DNA of 64,000 nucleotides from Callorhinchus milii (taxonomy: Eukaryota): contig NW_024704743.1 in assembly GCF_018977255.1 (NCBI RefSeq), forward strand, positions 79,858,001-79,922,000, given 5' to 3'. The position numbers were made by a program, and so were the translations under genes. The stretch's first letter is position 1. Each line of letters begins with the position of its first letter. The notes beneath the pieces were generated by a model, which searched no databases, was not told the DNA's origin, and was given only the letters and a program-made list of their open reading frames with translations. This document shows, one piece after another, positions 12,737 through 25,530 of the stretch.

Positions 12737-13043
12737 ATAATAATAATCCTTGCATTTGATATAGCGCCTTATCACGCTGCTTGAGAATATACTGTATTTT
12801 GCAGGCAAAACGCGGCAGCCAATTGTGCACAGCAGTGTCCCACGAACAGTTGTGGATTGAGTGACCAATTTTTTGGGGGATTATTATCTCTAATCAACTA
12901 ACAACAAGTGCCTGCTCACTGCTAGGTAAATCGAGATGTGTGGAGTAAGGAAACTCGCCTAAGGTTTTGCCCTGCCCAGGAATCAAACCCGGGTCCTCAC
13001 GCTTGCGACTTGAGTGTCCTAAACCACAACACGACGGGATTCC
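12737..13043 (-). mobile_element. SINE family A (long subfamily), partly deleted near tail
   Basis: taataatccttgcatttgatatagcgcc tail, core, ggagtaaggaaact body, tRNA-like head. Confidence 0.9.
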
Positions 13044-13892
13044 ATGTTATATTTACTTATACAGAATTTGTATAGCACCTTTCATGTAAAATAAATGTGT
13101 AAATGCTTTACGGAATGTGAGAGAATGAATGAATGTTATGTAGGCAAACCTGCGGCAGCAGCAGCTTGTACCAGCGACAACAGTGAAACAAGTAGCTAAT
13201 TCATGGAAATTTTTGGCGTGAATATGTGCTCAGGTAACTGGGAGAAACAGCGAGCACAGTGCGGGAGCCAGTGTGGGAAGCCCGGCATGGGGGGAGTCTA
13301 TGGGAGAGGCAATGCAGGAGGGGGCAGTGTATAGGGGGTGCAGCGTGGGGAGGATGATGACCCTCTGGATGGGGGAATGGCATGGGATGGGGACTATTGG
13401 GTAAGGTTGGCCGCAGGAGAGGCACAAGTGGAGGATGGGGAATGGAGATGAGAAACACAGGCACAGTTAAGCAACAAAGTTGTTACAATTTACAAATGAG
13501 TACAATGATTGTTTTCTGGCAGCCGCACCTTCCCTGCTATTTGGGATTGTCCAGGACAAACACAACCAGTGGGTTGTACTCAACCCTCCCTACATCCAGG
13601 AATCAAGCAGAAACCAGCACTAACCATCAAGCAATCATATGTACAGGTCATAAGAGCTGCTGTCCTCAGTGGAGTCCTGAAAACCACCCTCTGAGAATGG
13701 TCTCAGCCACTCCTGACACAGAATGGGAACAGCACTGGTACAGTGGAAAGGCCTCTGGCCTCACATCAACAGTCAATGAAGGAGACCAGCTTTGTTCAAA
13801 GGATAAAGCTCTACCTCCACAGCTATGTATTTAGCTCCCGACACCAGGTGAAAATTTTGAGCAGCCAATGCTTTATTGAAAACGTTTTTCTT

Positions 13893-14082
13893 CTGGAGCA
13901 GGAGCGAGGAGAGCAGGGAGGAGAAGTCCGAGGAGTTGGAGCAGGAGGGGGTGAAGTGCAGGTTGAAGTCGCCGAGGGTGATGAGGCAATCAGAGCAGAG
14001 GCAGAGAGATGTTAGTAGGGTAGAAATATCGGAGATGAAGGTGGGAGAGGTTTTAGGGGGCCGGTAGAGGAGGAGGATTTTG
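13893..14082 (-). mobile_element. L2 LINE apurinic-like endonuclease fragment
   Basis: minus strand reads LLYRPPKTSPTFISDISTLLTSLCLCSDCLITLGDFNLHF (YRPP and GDFN APE motifs). Confidence 0.85.
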
Positions 14083-14149
14083 AGTGAGAGAAAGGATTAT
14101 TATTACTCCACTATGGGGGGGGTGGGGGGGTGGGTGGTGGTATGAGGAT

Positions 14150-14350
14150 GGGGAGGAAAAAAAGGCCAGGCTGGTTGCTAACTTCTAGTTATTATCTCAC
14201 GATCTCTTGCTGAAACGCATGTATGGCAAGGTCAGGATTGAACTGACCATCGAGGCTCATATGTATGAAGAATGGTCTGTTGGCTGAGGCACTACCAGCT
14301 TTTAGTGCCAGGCTGAATGTAACCCAGCATGAGGGAAAGTCCTGAAGGAA
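14150..14350 (+). mobile_element. old SINE family C fragment
   Basis: aggctcatatgtatgaagaatggtc...taacccagcatgag segment shared with other family C copies. Confidence 0.55.
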
Positions 14351-14644
14351 ATGCACGGCTGTCTTTCTCTTTTTAAAAAAAAGCTGTCATACTAATTTCA
14401 CTTTTTCACGTTTTTTTAAGCCAAAAACAGGTAATCAATGAAATAAAACTTTTATAACAGAAGTGTCAAGTGGTAAATTATGTGACTGAGAGTATAACTG
14501 CTCAGAGAGAACTACATTTTACTGAAAGTGAATGGGTGTGTTACACATCTGAAGTGGAGTCATTTGAGGACAAATGCTGAATTGGGGAGGGAGGTGGGGG
14601 CAGTAGGTTACACTAGGTAATGCTAATTTATTTTGTCTCGATAA

Positions 14645-15035
14645 TCCAGTTCCTGAGCCAGGCGGGTTCACAGTACTCCAGGCACTACTGATAGCAGCAC
14701 AGCCAGCCTGACTCATCAGCAGGACCCAGTCACTGGGGCAGGGACTCTTCCCACTCAGGTCCCGCTAACCCTGCAATCCAAAGCCCTAATGGGTAAGGTG
14801 GTCCTAGCTGTACAAGCAGCAGGAAAGCTTGCCAGGCAGTGCTATAAATGACAAACTCTGCGGTTTTAGCTGGTTAGACACCAGCAGTACCCCAATACAC
14901 TGTCTGCCTGTGCCTAATACTTTCTGGAATTATGTAAGCAGGACATAGGTGCATGGAACTCTTGCTCTTTGGCTTGGGGGCACTTGAAACATGGTGATGG
15001 GTTTCTGCATGTGTTAGATACCTACCCAGCTTACC
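14645..15035 (+). mobile_element. unclassified repeat X
   Basis: colinear with 56606-57040 and 10030-10365. Confidence 0.85.
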
Positions 15036-15624
15036 CACCCACCAAGTCCTCTTTAACCTGTTGAATTCTGTAAACACAGGCTACAGACTTATTAGACACA
15101 AGACACAACAAGGCCTCAATAGAAAGGCCAACATGGGCCTCTGTGCTTTGATTTGAGGGGAGCGGAAAAAATAAACAATTCAGCCAGGATTCCCTACCTG
15201 ACCACTAGCCAGCTCCCACCCAGCCCCCCCACCACACACACACTTTTACGGGATACTTGTATGTCAAGTTCAGACAAGGATAACTATAAACTCAACTATA
15301 TTTACTCCCTCCCCCTTCCCTCCCAACACACACAGTCAGTCTGTCCAGATTAACAAATGAAGAAAAAAAGATACTTAAACCAGATACCAAAGCGCTAATA
15401 GTACCCCTGGATCTGTTCCCTAGCACTAGTCTGTGTCTTTGGGACAAATGTTATTGACAGATGTTGCTTTGAAAATCTGCCATTAATTTACATCTTTAGC
15501 GATATCATATGGAAAGGTTTACAGCATGTGTTGGTTATTTTTTTTAAACAGTCCCAGTACACATTCTAACTGATGATAGAAATGTTTTTAATTTTCTGAT
15601 GCTGTCAATGGTTTGAGCTGGACT

Positions 15625-16340
15625 TCCTCAATGGCTCAGCTGGCAAAACTACTGACTTGTGTAGAACTGAGCCATGAAATACAATTTACATTTACAGAAC
15701 ACCTTTCACATTGGGAAGATGTCTCAAATCTCTTGACAATGCTTACTGGGCACCCGAAGGGGGGGTGGGGAAGAGAGTGGCGAGGAAAGAGATGACCGAA
15801 AATACATCAAAGAAGCACATTTGGAGATACGCCTTGAACTAGTGGAAGGAGGTAGGGAGTCGGAGGGACTTAGGGCAGAATTCCAGACAACATAAGCAAA
15901 ATGCTTGATCACTGATGGTGAGATGGATAAGGTGGAAAACATGAAGCAGGCCAGTGTTCACTGAGCAGAGGGACTGGACAGGTCACTGGAATTGAAGGAG
16001 GTTGCAGAAATAGGGTGGGGCAAAATACAGACCAAAAAGGCCCAGGATCAATCCTTGGTTTGTGGTAATTTAGTGGATTTCAGACAAAGTGACAACTGAG
16101 CTAATACTTGGCTTCAGCAGCTAGAGTTTAGAAACCCTGGATCAATGCACCCAACCTCTCTAACTGCGCTTCCATGGACAGGTCAGAATCATGCCTGGTT
16201 TTGATGTTCCACCAGGTACTTGCAGATAAAGAATGAGCACCTAGGTGAGGTAGCAAAAGTCAGTCAGTAACTGTGGGACTGTCCCAATAAGAGACTGCGC
16301 CTAGGGAAGAGGGCTGGATGCAAATCGGAGAAGGAATGGA
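15625..16340 (+). mobile_element. SINE family C split by an L2 insertion (parts 15625-15683 and 16023-16340)
   Basis: atggctcagctgg A-box-like head...gagccatgaaataca, resuming aaatacagaccaaaaaggcccaggatcaatcc (B-box-like). Confidence 0.65.
15684..16022 (-). mobile_element. old L2 3' end with 7-bp TSD AAATACA
   Basis: cctttcacattgggaagatgtctcaaa tail, purine-rich reverse body; aaataca at 15677-15683 and 16023-16029. Confidence 0.7.
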
Positions 16341-17089
16341 AAGAATTTAAAAATTACTTTAAAGGTTACAATTGCTTTTGGAGATAGAAGCATTGATTCT
16401 GGGCTGCAAGTTTCACATTTCTGACCAGTGTGGAGACTGTATTTCTATTACTCCACTGTATTTCTTTCCTTCACACCCATTTTCCTCACCACATTAGTCC
16501 CCTTCGCCTCTTGCACTGGGGACACACAGACTATCAATGACTGAACTTAAACTAAGGCCATAAGCAAAATCGGCCAAAGTTCCTATTCCCAAACCCTATT
16601 CAGAGACCACCCGCTCCCCCAACCCCGCCAGAGGAACAGAGAGGCCAGGCCTTTCCTGCTTCCTTTAACACATCCAATGATGTGGATCAAGAGCTCAGTA
16701 AATATTATGAATTTCTCCCTCTCAGCTTATAATCCATTAGAACCTTAGAATCCATTGTTTTTTAAAAAGGTATGATTTTGTCTTTTAGTGCCACATTATT
16801 TATCATTTTAAAAATCGTATTTGAAATATTTACAAGTGTGGAGGGATCAATTTGCAAAGCTTTCTGAGGAGAGGAGAAAGTGATTAACCCACATTAACTG
16901 ATGCAACACATGGGAGCACGTGGAGCAGGATATCACTGTGGAACTGCAATTATTGCAGTTTGCGATTATTTTTTGGTTACCAGATGTTTCCTGGTCTGTA
17001 AAGCCTAGTGATCAGAATACACATCATTGTATACACATGGGACTGTGAGGCTCCCGTGGATCTCAAGCACCTCCGCGGTTATATAAAGC

Positions 17090-17570
17090 AATCCTTTGAT
17101 TTGGTACGGCGTCTTTCACATTGGGAGGATGTTTCAAAGCATTTCACAGGATATACTGCAAAGTAACTGTATTTTGTAGGTGAAAGTGGCAATGCAGTAA
17201 TGTCCTACAAACAGCCATGACTGACTAACCAGTTTGGGAAATTGTTGTCAGGACATTGAGAGCAAGTCTCTTCTTTTTTGAAGACATAATGTCTTTGATG
17301 ACGGATCAATGAAGTACCAATGAACACATGACTTGTGTGTACTTTCTTGAACCAAACTGCAGTGGACTATAGGTAATCGTATGCCAATTACCCTCATCAA
17401 CATCCTTGCATTTAACATAGGGTCGGTCTTTCATGTCAGAAGCATATCCCTAAAGCATTTCACAGGATTTAATGTAAAGTGTAGTGATTGTACATACTGT
17501 AGGCAAACTCAGCAGCCAATTTGCACACAGCAATATCCCACAAACAGCTAATGAAGTGAATGACTAATTA
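17090..17570 (-). mobile_element. two degraded Deu-type SINE 3' fragments (~17090-17290 and ~17402-17570)
   Basis: atccttgcattt tails, gcagccaatttgcacacagcaatatcccacaaacag core. Confidence 0.7.
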
Positions 17571-17616
17571 CCTACATCAGACTCAGATGCAGAAACGGAC
17601 AAATGGCCACAAGAAT

Positions 17617-17774
17617 CTGGTAAAAAAATCCAGCTGTGCACACCTGTGAAGTAGGACACGTGCGTGCAAGATTGCCAGGGACGCAATTAGCCGCTTTGAT
17701 CTACTAAATCGTGTCGCTGGTAACCTTGCATGTATGCACACATCACACATGCAAGCGACAGATTTTTTTCCCAG
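17617..17774. mobile_element. palindromic MITE (~158 bp)
   Basis: ctggtaaaaaaatc...gatttttttcccag termini; inner tgcaagattgccagggacgc versus gtgtcgctggtaaccttgca. Confidence 0.7.
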
Positions 17775-18274
17775 TAGAGTGAAGTCTTGTAGTTAGGTCT
17801 TAATTCTTTTATACAATGTAGGGTTCGAGTCAAAAAGAGACAGACGTAGAGTCATTGAGAGAGTGAAGTGTGAGAGGTAAGAGAGAGGGGGAACAAAAGT
17901 GACTCAAGAGAAAAAAAGGGTCAAACTGAATGTGATTCTACAATGATGGTCTAACTCCTAAGTGTTGCTATGTTTGCAGGCTAATTTGTGTTTTGGTTCA
18001 TATCCAATTACCCTAGGAATCAGTACTAGTTAGTGGAGCTGTTTAGTTTCCTAATGCTTCTTCATATGAGAATAGAAAAGTTGGACTGAGGTTTATATGT
18101 GGATAATACCACAACCCGAGTCATCACTTCAGCCAGGGCTAATTTCATCAGTGCTTCACGCCACTCACTCCTGGCTTCTGTTTTTGGACTTCCCCTCAAT
18201 TTGAGGTATCACTTAAATGAAGCAAAGTTCTGAAGGGGTCTTAAAACCATACAATTAGGACTTTAAAAGCTCAA

Positions 18275-18618
18275 AGTCTAGACTGACACTTTAGTGCAAT
18301 GCTGAGGGAGTGCTGCACTGTCAAAGGCGGTGTTCTTCGGATGATATGTTAAACAGGGATACCGACTGCTTGTTTAGGTGGATGTTAAAGATCCCATAAC
18401 ACTATTCAAAAAGGGAGTTTCTCCCAGTGTCTTGACCAATGATCTCCCAGGTAAACTCAGCCATCAGTGGGACATTGCTATGTGCAAATTGGTTCACCTA
18501 CAAAATACACAGCATGGTAATAAAGTAAGGTTAAATCATGTGAAGTGCTTTGAGACGCCCTCAAAGCGTTGAAGGTGCTATATCAAATGTAAGTATTATT
18601 ATTGCTGATTATTATTAC
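18275..18618 (+). mobile_element. SacSINE1-like Deu-domain SINE
   Basis: ctagactgacact...gctgagggagtgctgcactgtc...ggatgatatgttaaac...gtggatgttaaagatccca, L2-type tail. Confidence 0.85.
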
Positions 18619-18799
18619 TAGAGTAAAACTCAACATGTCTCATCTTCAACAATTGTATAATCGCCCAAGTTGTACATTCATCCATTCAGCTTTCTATCAA
18701 AACCAATTAAATTTCTTTGCACTACTCATAACACTTCCTAACTTGTAATGCCATTATCCTAGCCACTGTTACTACGTCGCCCAGATACTCATTTGCACA

Positions 18800-19100
18800 A
18801 AATCCATATCCCCATCACACCAGTCCTTACCAGGCGCCACTGGCTGCCAATTACCGAACGGATCGATTTCAAGATCTTCTCACTCGTTTTCAAATCCCTT
18901 TGTGCCCTTGAACCTCCCTACCTATTCAACCTGCTTACCCCCTACTCCACCACCCTCTGCCTCCACTCGGCTGGCTCCGGCCTCCTGTTTGTCCTTTGTC
19001 TCCTTCGCTCCACCATCGGTGGCCGTGCCTTCAGCCACTACACCCCGAAATTCTGGAACTCTCCTGTGTGAAGGGCGCTATATAAATGCAAGTTATTGTT
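18800..19100 (+). mobile_element. L2 3' end (family B), internally deleted
   Basis: ITPVLTRRHWLPITERIDFKI...GGRAFSHYTPKFWNS; aaatgcaagttattgtt tail. Confidence 0.9.
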
Positions 19101-19149
19101 AAATGTTATTTTCCTGACTGACACGACTTATGTGAATTTTACTATATTG

Positions 19150-19577
19150 TGACCCTATCACTACCACACACGCCAGGCTATACTGGCTCCCTATCCCCCA
19201 GAGGAGAGTTCAAAATCTTTGTCCTCATCTTCAAGGTCCTCCACAGCCTTGCTCCTTCCTAACTCTGTGACCAGCTAATCCCGATATCAACCTGTCCACT
19301 CCCTCTGCTCAGCAGGCTGGCTTGCTCCCACCAACGGTGGTTGAGCCTTCAGCCTCTCTGCTCCCACTCTTCTGAATTCCATCCCACAGTACCTTCGCCT
19401 TGCTCTCTCCCTTGCCTCCTTCAAGGCACGTTCAAGACCCTCCTCTTAGACCGTACTCCTATCCCTACCCTTCACCTCCACTGATCACAACCCTCTCGGA
19501 TCCAAATCCCTGACTGTCCAACACCTTGGGACTTCCTCCTAACGTGAAAGATACATACAAATGTAATTTGTTGTTGT
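19150..19577 (+). mobile_element. L2 3' end (family A)
   Basis: LYWLPIPQ...FKIFVLIFK remnant; ccttgggacttcctcctaacgtgaaag hairpin remnant and ttgttgttg. Confidence 0.9.
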
Positions 19578-20587
19578 TTTTATTGTTCTAAATTAATGTG
19601 CAGGATGTAGCAGTTGCAAACCCATATCCTTCCACACAACAGAATTATAGAAAACAAATCTAGAATTGCCGACAAGTCTGAGACAAGCTTAGACTCGATG
19701 CTAAAGCAAAGTCCTTTCATTAAAAATGGAAAAAATCCATAGGACTGACACAAACACAAATAGATCACCTTAGATGAGTGTAAAGAAATGTCAAGTTTAA
19801 CAGCTAGACACTTAAAATAGGTGAAATCGTGGCAGCAATATTTATGGACTAGTTAAAGGAACTTACAAGGCATCTGTTCACTCAAGAAGTCGAGTCAGAG
19901 CACTTGTGAAATCATTCCAACTTAATTTTGATTACTTGAACCATGAGAGATCATTTATTAACACTTCAATTTGGGGTGCATCCACTGTTCTCTTCTGCTC
20001 CACAGACCTTTTAAAAGCTACAAGGAATTGAGTCAGATTGCGTCTTTGTTTGGGAAGAGGAAGAAGGAATGAAGCCATACCGCCTTGCTTCTATATACCC
20101 AATCATTACGTTTTTTGAAACGTCTGAATAAATTGGTGGTCAGCGCCATTTGTCAACATTGTGTATTTTAATAGCTGTTAACACTGGACCCCAACCAACT
20201 ATTTATAATATTCCAAAATCAGGCAACATAATTGTATGGTGTTCAGAAATGTTTACTTTACAGACAGTAATATACAGCTTATTACATTGAAGGAAAGGTT
20301 ATAGAGTCTGATAATTGCTCAAAGTCCTTCACTCAGTCTCCTAATGTTTCACGGCTGCTTTACAGCTACTGCTTGAATTACAGAAAAACATGTAAGTCTC
20401 TAAATAGATTTCAAAATGCAACAAAAAAATGGACTGCATGCAGAAGTTAAATCTAATAGTAACACATTTATAGTACTTGGGGATCTCTGATAACACAGTA
20501 TAATGTGGTTCTCTTACAAGGCGGGTGCCCTGTGGACTTGCGGCCGGCTTCATGCAAACTGACAATGTGTGACATCCGGGTCATAAT

Positions 20588-20604
20588 TGAGTCATTTTGA
20601 GTCA
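20588..20604. promoter_or_regulatory. tandem AP-1 consensus sites (candidate enhancer)
   Basis: TGAGTCA at 20588-20594 and 20598-20604; a third at 20029-20035; repeat-free context. Confidence 0.3.
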
Positions 20605-21386
20605 CAATGATATCAATAGCATCCTGATATAAATCGGATTAAGATTTTACTAACTCTTCCCACCTCTCCCCAGACCACCACATTATAATGAGGCTCTACT
20701 GTATTTGGATCCAATGCAGACAACCAAACTAGTCCCTGGTGTAAAAAAATCAGATACTCGTTCACTGCACAATTGTTTTTTCATGTTTTAAAAAAAATTA
20801 AAAAGAGCGTGATAAATACAGTGGTCCTCACTGGGCAAGAAAATAAAATATATCAAATCATTTGACCAAAGGTAGTCAGATACGTTTTTATGAGGTATTA
20901 GGTATGAGGAAGTTTTAGAGCCTAGTTCCAGAGGACAAGGAGTCAGTGGCTGAAAGCTCAGTCTCTGCTTGCAGTTAAGTGGAGAGAATTAGTAGATTCT
21001 CAGTGACCTCTTCCATACATATAAACCCAGGGGTTTTTATTTAATATTCATTCCGATGGTTTTGCCCACAATGATTTTTAATTGGCTGAATTTGAAAACT
21101 TCCTACTGCTTCCACTTATGTGCACTTCCACTTATGAATGATTCAGGGGATATGCATTGTCTGAGCATCATTGCTTGTTCAATACTGTACGTTCAAACGT
21201 TTGCCAGATTATCATAACTTCACTTATCAGGAATCCACAGAATAATATCAAGAATATTCTCTTCCTGAATTTTCTCACAACCTGTAAAGTGTTTTACACT
21301 ACAACCTGCTGTAACTGGACAGTTTCTTCATACAGATCATGCAACGGGCAACGACAGATGAGACAATAGGTGTGGTCATTTGTCTG

Positions 21387-21732
21387 TCATCCTGACTCAG
21401 CTGGTAGGACTCTCGCCTCTGAGTCAAAAGGATGTGGGTTCAGGCCCCACATTGGAACTTTTGAGCTCACAGCTTTGGCTGATACTTCAATGCAGTGCTG
21501 GGGGAATGTTTCATTTTTAGAAGTGCCATATTTTGGATGAGGTGTTAAGCCATGTTCTGCCTGCCAGGTTGATGTTAAATGGTTATTCACTTCATGGCCA
21601 TTAGTGGGAAACTGCAAAAGGTGGCTGCTGTGTTCAAGATAGTTACTGATACAGTCACAGTAAAATCCCATGAAGTGCTTTGAGGCATCCTCCCAACATG
21701 AAAGGCACCGTATCAAAGACAAGGGTTATTGT
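21387..21732 (+). mobile_element. SacSINE1-like Deu-domain SINE with tRNA head
   Basis: ctctcgcctctgagtcaaaaggatgtgggttcaggcccc head, Deu segment, L2-type tail. Confidence 0.85.
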
Positions 21733-21929
21733 GATTTTATCTGTTGCAGCTTTGACTGGCGCAGATCAGGGATCAAACCTGAGAAGCTCTAGGGTACAGC
21801 TATTCATTGGATAATTCCAAGGGTCATTGGAATATATCTTTTAACCTTACAACATTATTATAACAGCCACATAGAAAGTACTATTTGAAGGATTTAATAC
21901 TTTGAGATGTCTCAACAGCGTAATAATGT

Positions 21930-22088
21930 AACAATTGGCTGCCACGTTTTGCCCACAAATATAGTCAATTCACTTTACAGTATATTTGCAAAGCGCTTTG
22001 AGACGTCTAGAAGACGTGAAAAGCGTTAAATCAAATGCAAGAATTATTATTATATTATTATAATAAATCAAATGCAAAGATTATTATT
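21930..22088 (+). mobile_element. SINE 3' fragment with tandemly duplicated tail
   Basis: aaatcaaatgcaag(a)attattatt present twice. Confidence 0.85.
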
Positions 22089-23329
22089 TTGGTAACCATG
22101 GCAACACCAGCATCTGAATAGTGACTGTTTGCCATTTATTCAATATCGATCACCTCCCTCCCTGACAGTAGTTACTGCTGTTTTCTTTCATTGAGTTCAT
22201 TATGAACCTTTTCCTATAAGGTGATGAGACACCTTATCCGACTTGGCCATGCATTACCCGCAACACAGATAACTGCAAATTCAAACCTACTTCCTTTAGC
22301 TTAGAGATGAATTTCAGAAGACAATGAAACTTATAGCAATTATCACGATTGTCAATCCCAGAACAGATATTGTAAACATTTTACTCCAGCCAGTTACACT
22401 TTCACATTGTGTTTTTCCCCGACAATAACCAACTTTATACCTTCTCAAAAACAGGGAAGTTATTCAGCTGCTGAAGCCCAAACCAAGCAATGGGGGAAAA
22501 TCCACCTAGCATGTTTCTACCCTGAATTATAACCTACTATATCATGCTGTGCACCGTTGCCCAGTCACACAGTCGTAGCTGATCTTTTAGGTCAAACCTC
22601 AGCTCTGTTCACTCTCAATCATATTCCCCCTCAAGCCTCCAGACACTGCTCACGGGAAGAATTGACCATGATTTTTAACCATGTTTAGCAAAAGCTGGCC
22701 CTATTTGCAAGTGTCATTTCCAACAAACTTGCCCGTTGATTAAAAAAGGCTAATCAACTGAATCTTTAAAAGAAGAATCTTCACAAACTGAAAACCATCA
22801 TAGCTTGTGCTTGAGCCACATTATTTACACCCAGCAACACGAAGCTGAGCTGAGTTAATTTCTTCCGAGAATCGACACCAAAAAAGGGTGAAATTCTAAA
22901 CTGGACAAAGGACAACAGCTGGTGACCTGTCCTACAATGCAGGCAGAAGCACAAGAACACGATCAATCAAACCAGCTTATCCACTGGGGACATTGGGGAC
23001 AAAGCTGAGTAGGGCTTTGTTACCGAATCACATCCCCTTCCCAAGGGGAATAGGCAAGAGTGGCGGGGGGGGGGGGGGGGGTGGGAGGGGCTGATGCAGG
23101 GAAGAGAAATCTGTAATAAACTCCAAACTCAAGGTGAGGTTTATCCTACTTGTCAGCCATTTTGCTTATTCAAAGCGACATATTGATCTAATTTGCAATA
23201 TCCCTTACCAGAATTGTTTAATAAGGAATCCAGATGGTAGTTCCCGTTGACCCATGGGAACCATGATTATGATCCAGAAATAGATAGCATTAGACTGATT
23301 CCTTTAAGCAATTCTTTAGCTGCTGGGTA

Positions 23330-23545
23330 ACTTCACTCTTGGTTCCCCAAGCCATGACTCTAGTCAACCTGTGCCTCATACTCTCTGGAATTAGGCAAGC
23401 AGGGTGCATCCCTACAAGGAGACTGAGCAGTTCATTACTGAAACAGGACAATTCCATGTTTAGGTTGCAAGCATACAGGCAACTCAGTCTTGTTTGGATG
23501 CTCTTGAAGATGGTGATCCGTTTCTGTATGTCAGACACACCAATC
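23330..23545 (+). mobile_element. repeat X 3' part
   Basis: caacctgtgcctcatactctctggaattaggcaagcagggtgcatccct...tgtcagacac. Confidence 0.75.
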
Positions 23546-23645
23546 ACTATTTGTTTGTTACAAATCTTGTTAATACCGTAAATTAGACCCCGGTGTTGGG
23601 ACTAATGCAATTGTGCAATAGAATGCTGTAAACTATTGTAATGCA

Positions 23646-23801
23646 TAATAATAATAATAATAATCCTTGCATTTGATATAGCGCTTTTCACGTCGGAGGA
23701 CGTCCCAAAGCGCTTCACAGAACACACTGTAAAGTGAATTAACTGTATATTTGTGGGCGAACGCGGCAGCTAATTGCACACAGCAATGTCCCACAAACAA
23801 T
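23646..23801 (-). mobile_element. 5'-truncated young SINE family A
   Basis: near identical to tail half of 31662-31977. Confidence 0.95.
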
Positions 23802-24268
23802 CATCGCATTGTTTGTTAATGTCTTGAAATGATGAAAACAAGATGAGACTTGCTCTTCCTGTCGAGAGTTTGTCCAACAAGTTTATTATGCAGACTTTGC
23901 CACTTTAAATTCTGCTTTGGATGCACAGGGAAAACAAGTTTTTTTGGATGCTCTCAGCATGTAGTCAAGCAGCTGAAACATTTGCCACAGAAAGCATCCT
24001 GAGTCCTTCTCTGCTATGCTGCTAAATTGCTCGAGATTTATTAAAGGGCTGATGTATCTACATTCTGAAACCCAATGGTACAGGGGAAGAAATAAAGCAG
24101 AACAATTATTTTAAAGTGCCTTTAACTTTTAAATATCTTGAAGTTTTCTCGGTGGGAAGAGCCCCACTCCCCTTGAGCACAAGCCAAGTATGGAGGAGAA
24201 TCGTCAACCATGTGTCCTTGAAGGGTTAAGCTAAATTTTACAAGCTGCTGTCTGTATGAAGTACTTAC

Positions 24269-24380
24269 CAGGCCAGTAGGCTGTGTATAGGAACAGTGGG
24301 TTTCAGGAACTGGGAATGCTGTTTATAGCAAGGCTGCCATTACATTGCAATGCCTTTCTCATCACCATGTAATTATATAC
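24269..24380 (-). other. candidate alternative first exon / promoter of a minus-strand transcript
   Basis: CTG|GTAAGT donor (intron starts 24268); TATAAA (24322-24327) and TATATAA (24373-24379) on minus strand; no clear acceptor; repeat-free flank. Confidence 0.3.
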
Positions 24381-25439
24381 TCCTCTGCTCTGAGTCTGGT
24401 GGGCTGATTTCCTCACTGAAGACGTGCCCATATTTTAAACCCTTTAAACAGCTCTTGTTATTCCTGAGAAAGTTACCACACCGTGGGCTATGTTATGATG
24501 CTTTTTTATGTTTGAAGGCAGTTTTTATTACCCCTTGGATTCCGCTGAAAGAAAACTCAAGTTATCCTGTGGCCTCTTCTCCACCCAAAGCAGATCTTAT
24601 TAGAGCAGAATTAAATAAACATTTGGGAGGGAAGAATATAAACAGACATGGGGAAAGAAAAGAGCAGGGAATTGGTTTTAGAGTAGTTTTTTCAATAGAG
24701 CTCTTAGATTCAAATGACTTTCTCCTATGCAGTAAATTCTGATTCTATTACCAGTTTACTAGGTCATCACATTAACCAATATTAAAAATGCACAAAGTGA
24801 AAATCTGCTCTCTCCTGGCGATACAGACCCTAAACAAAATGGGTTTGGGCAAGTTTAACCCAGCTCACAGCTGGAATACACAACTCCAGGTAGTGCACTA
24901 TACAGGCATATTGGAGCTGGAAATATAAGAGGTCACAATGATATAGTTAATGTCTTCCTTCTTAGACTGGGAGCAAGACAGCTAAGGAAGCCTAAAACAT
25001 CCACTTTTCTAACCTAGGTTAATACTAGCTAGGGAAATCTCAATGTTTGATGTGAAAACTAAGGGGGGATGTGGAAAAATGCTTTATTTGATAAACCTAG
25101 CATCCCTGACCTCACACGCACAAAATTCACCCTAAAAAATAAAAAGGAAGAACATTACAATTACATCTGGTTCTTTTAAATAAGAGTAAGCAGGGTTTAT
25201 ATGTATTCAATAAGCAATAATATATAGTATATATATTTTAAATGTTATTGTTTTTCATCACAATGCAAATCAAACATATTTTATACAATAGATTCATAAA
25301 CCTTATTATTTATCATTTTCATTGAAGTCAATGTAAATCTTTCCAGTATTTTTTTGCCAATATCAAGATCATACTGCAATGCATATTTTCTACAAAGGGT
25401 AGTCATTAGACAGATTCCTGTATGATTAATCTGGCTTCA

Positions 25440-25530
25440 ATGCTGTCCATTCACCCCTGAGACTTGAGTTCCAATCCAGCACAGACTAATGGGATGACAG
25501 TCGCCACTCTCTGTTGCATTTGGCTGCAAA
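25440..25530 (+). mobile_element. LF-SINE-like tRNA-derived head remnant (second copy ~63945-64000)
   Basis: ccattcacccctgagacttgagttccaatccagcacagactaatgggatga; similar to ctttttactcccaggatctggatttaaacccaatccagactggtggga. Confidence 0.45.

Noticed and set aside
23063..23090. Poly-G / G-quadruplex tract (also 14114-14140)
   Set aside because: Simple low-complexity runs with no further support for function
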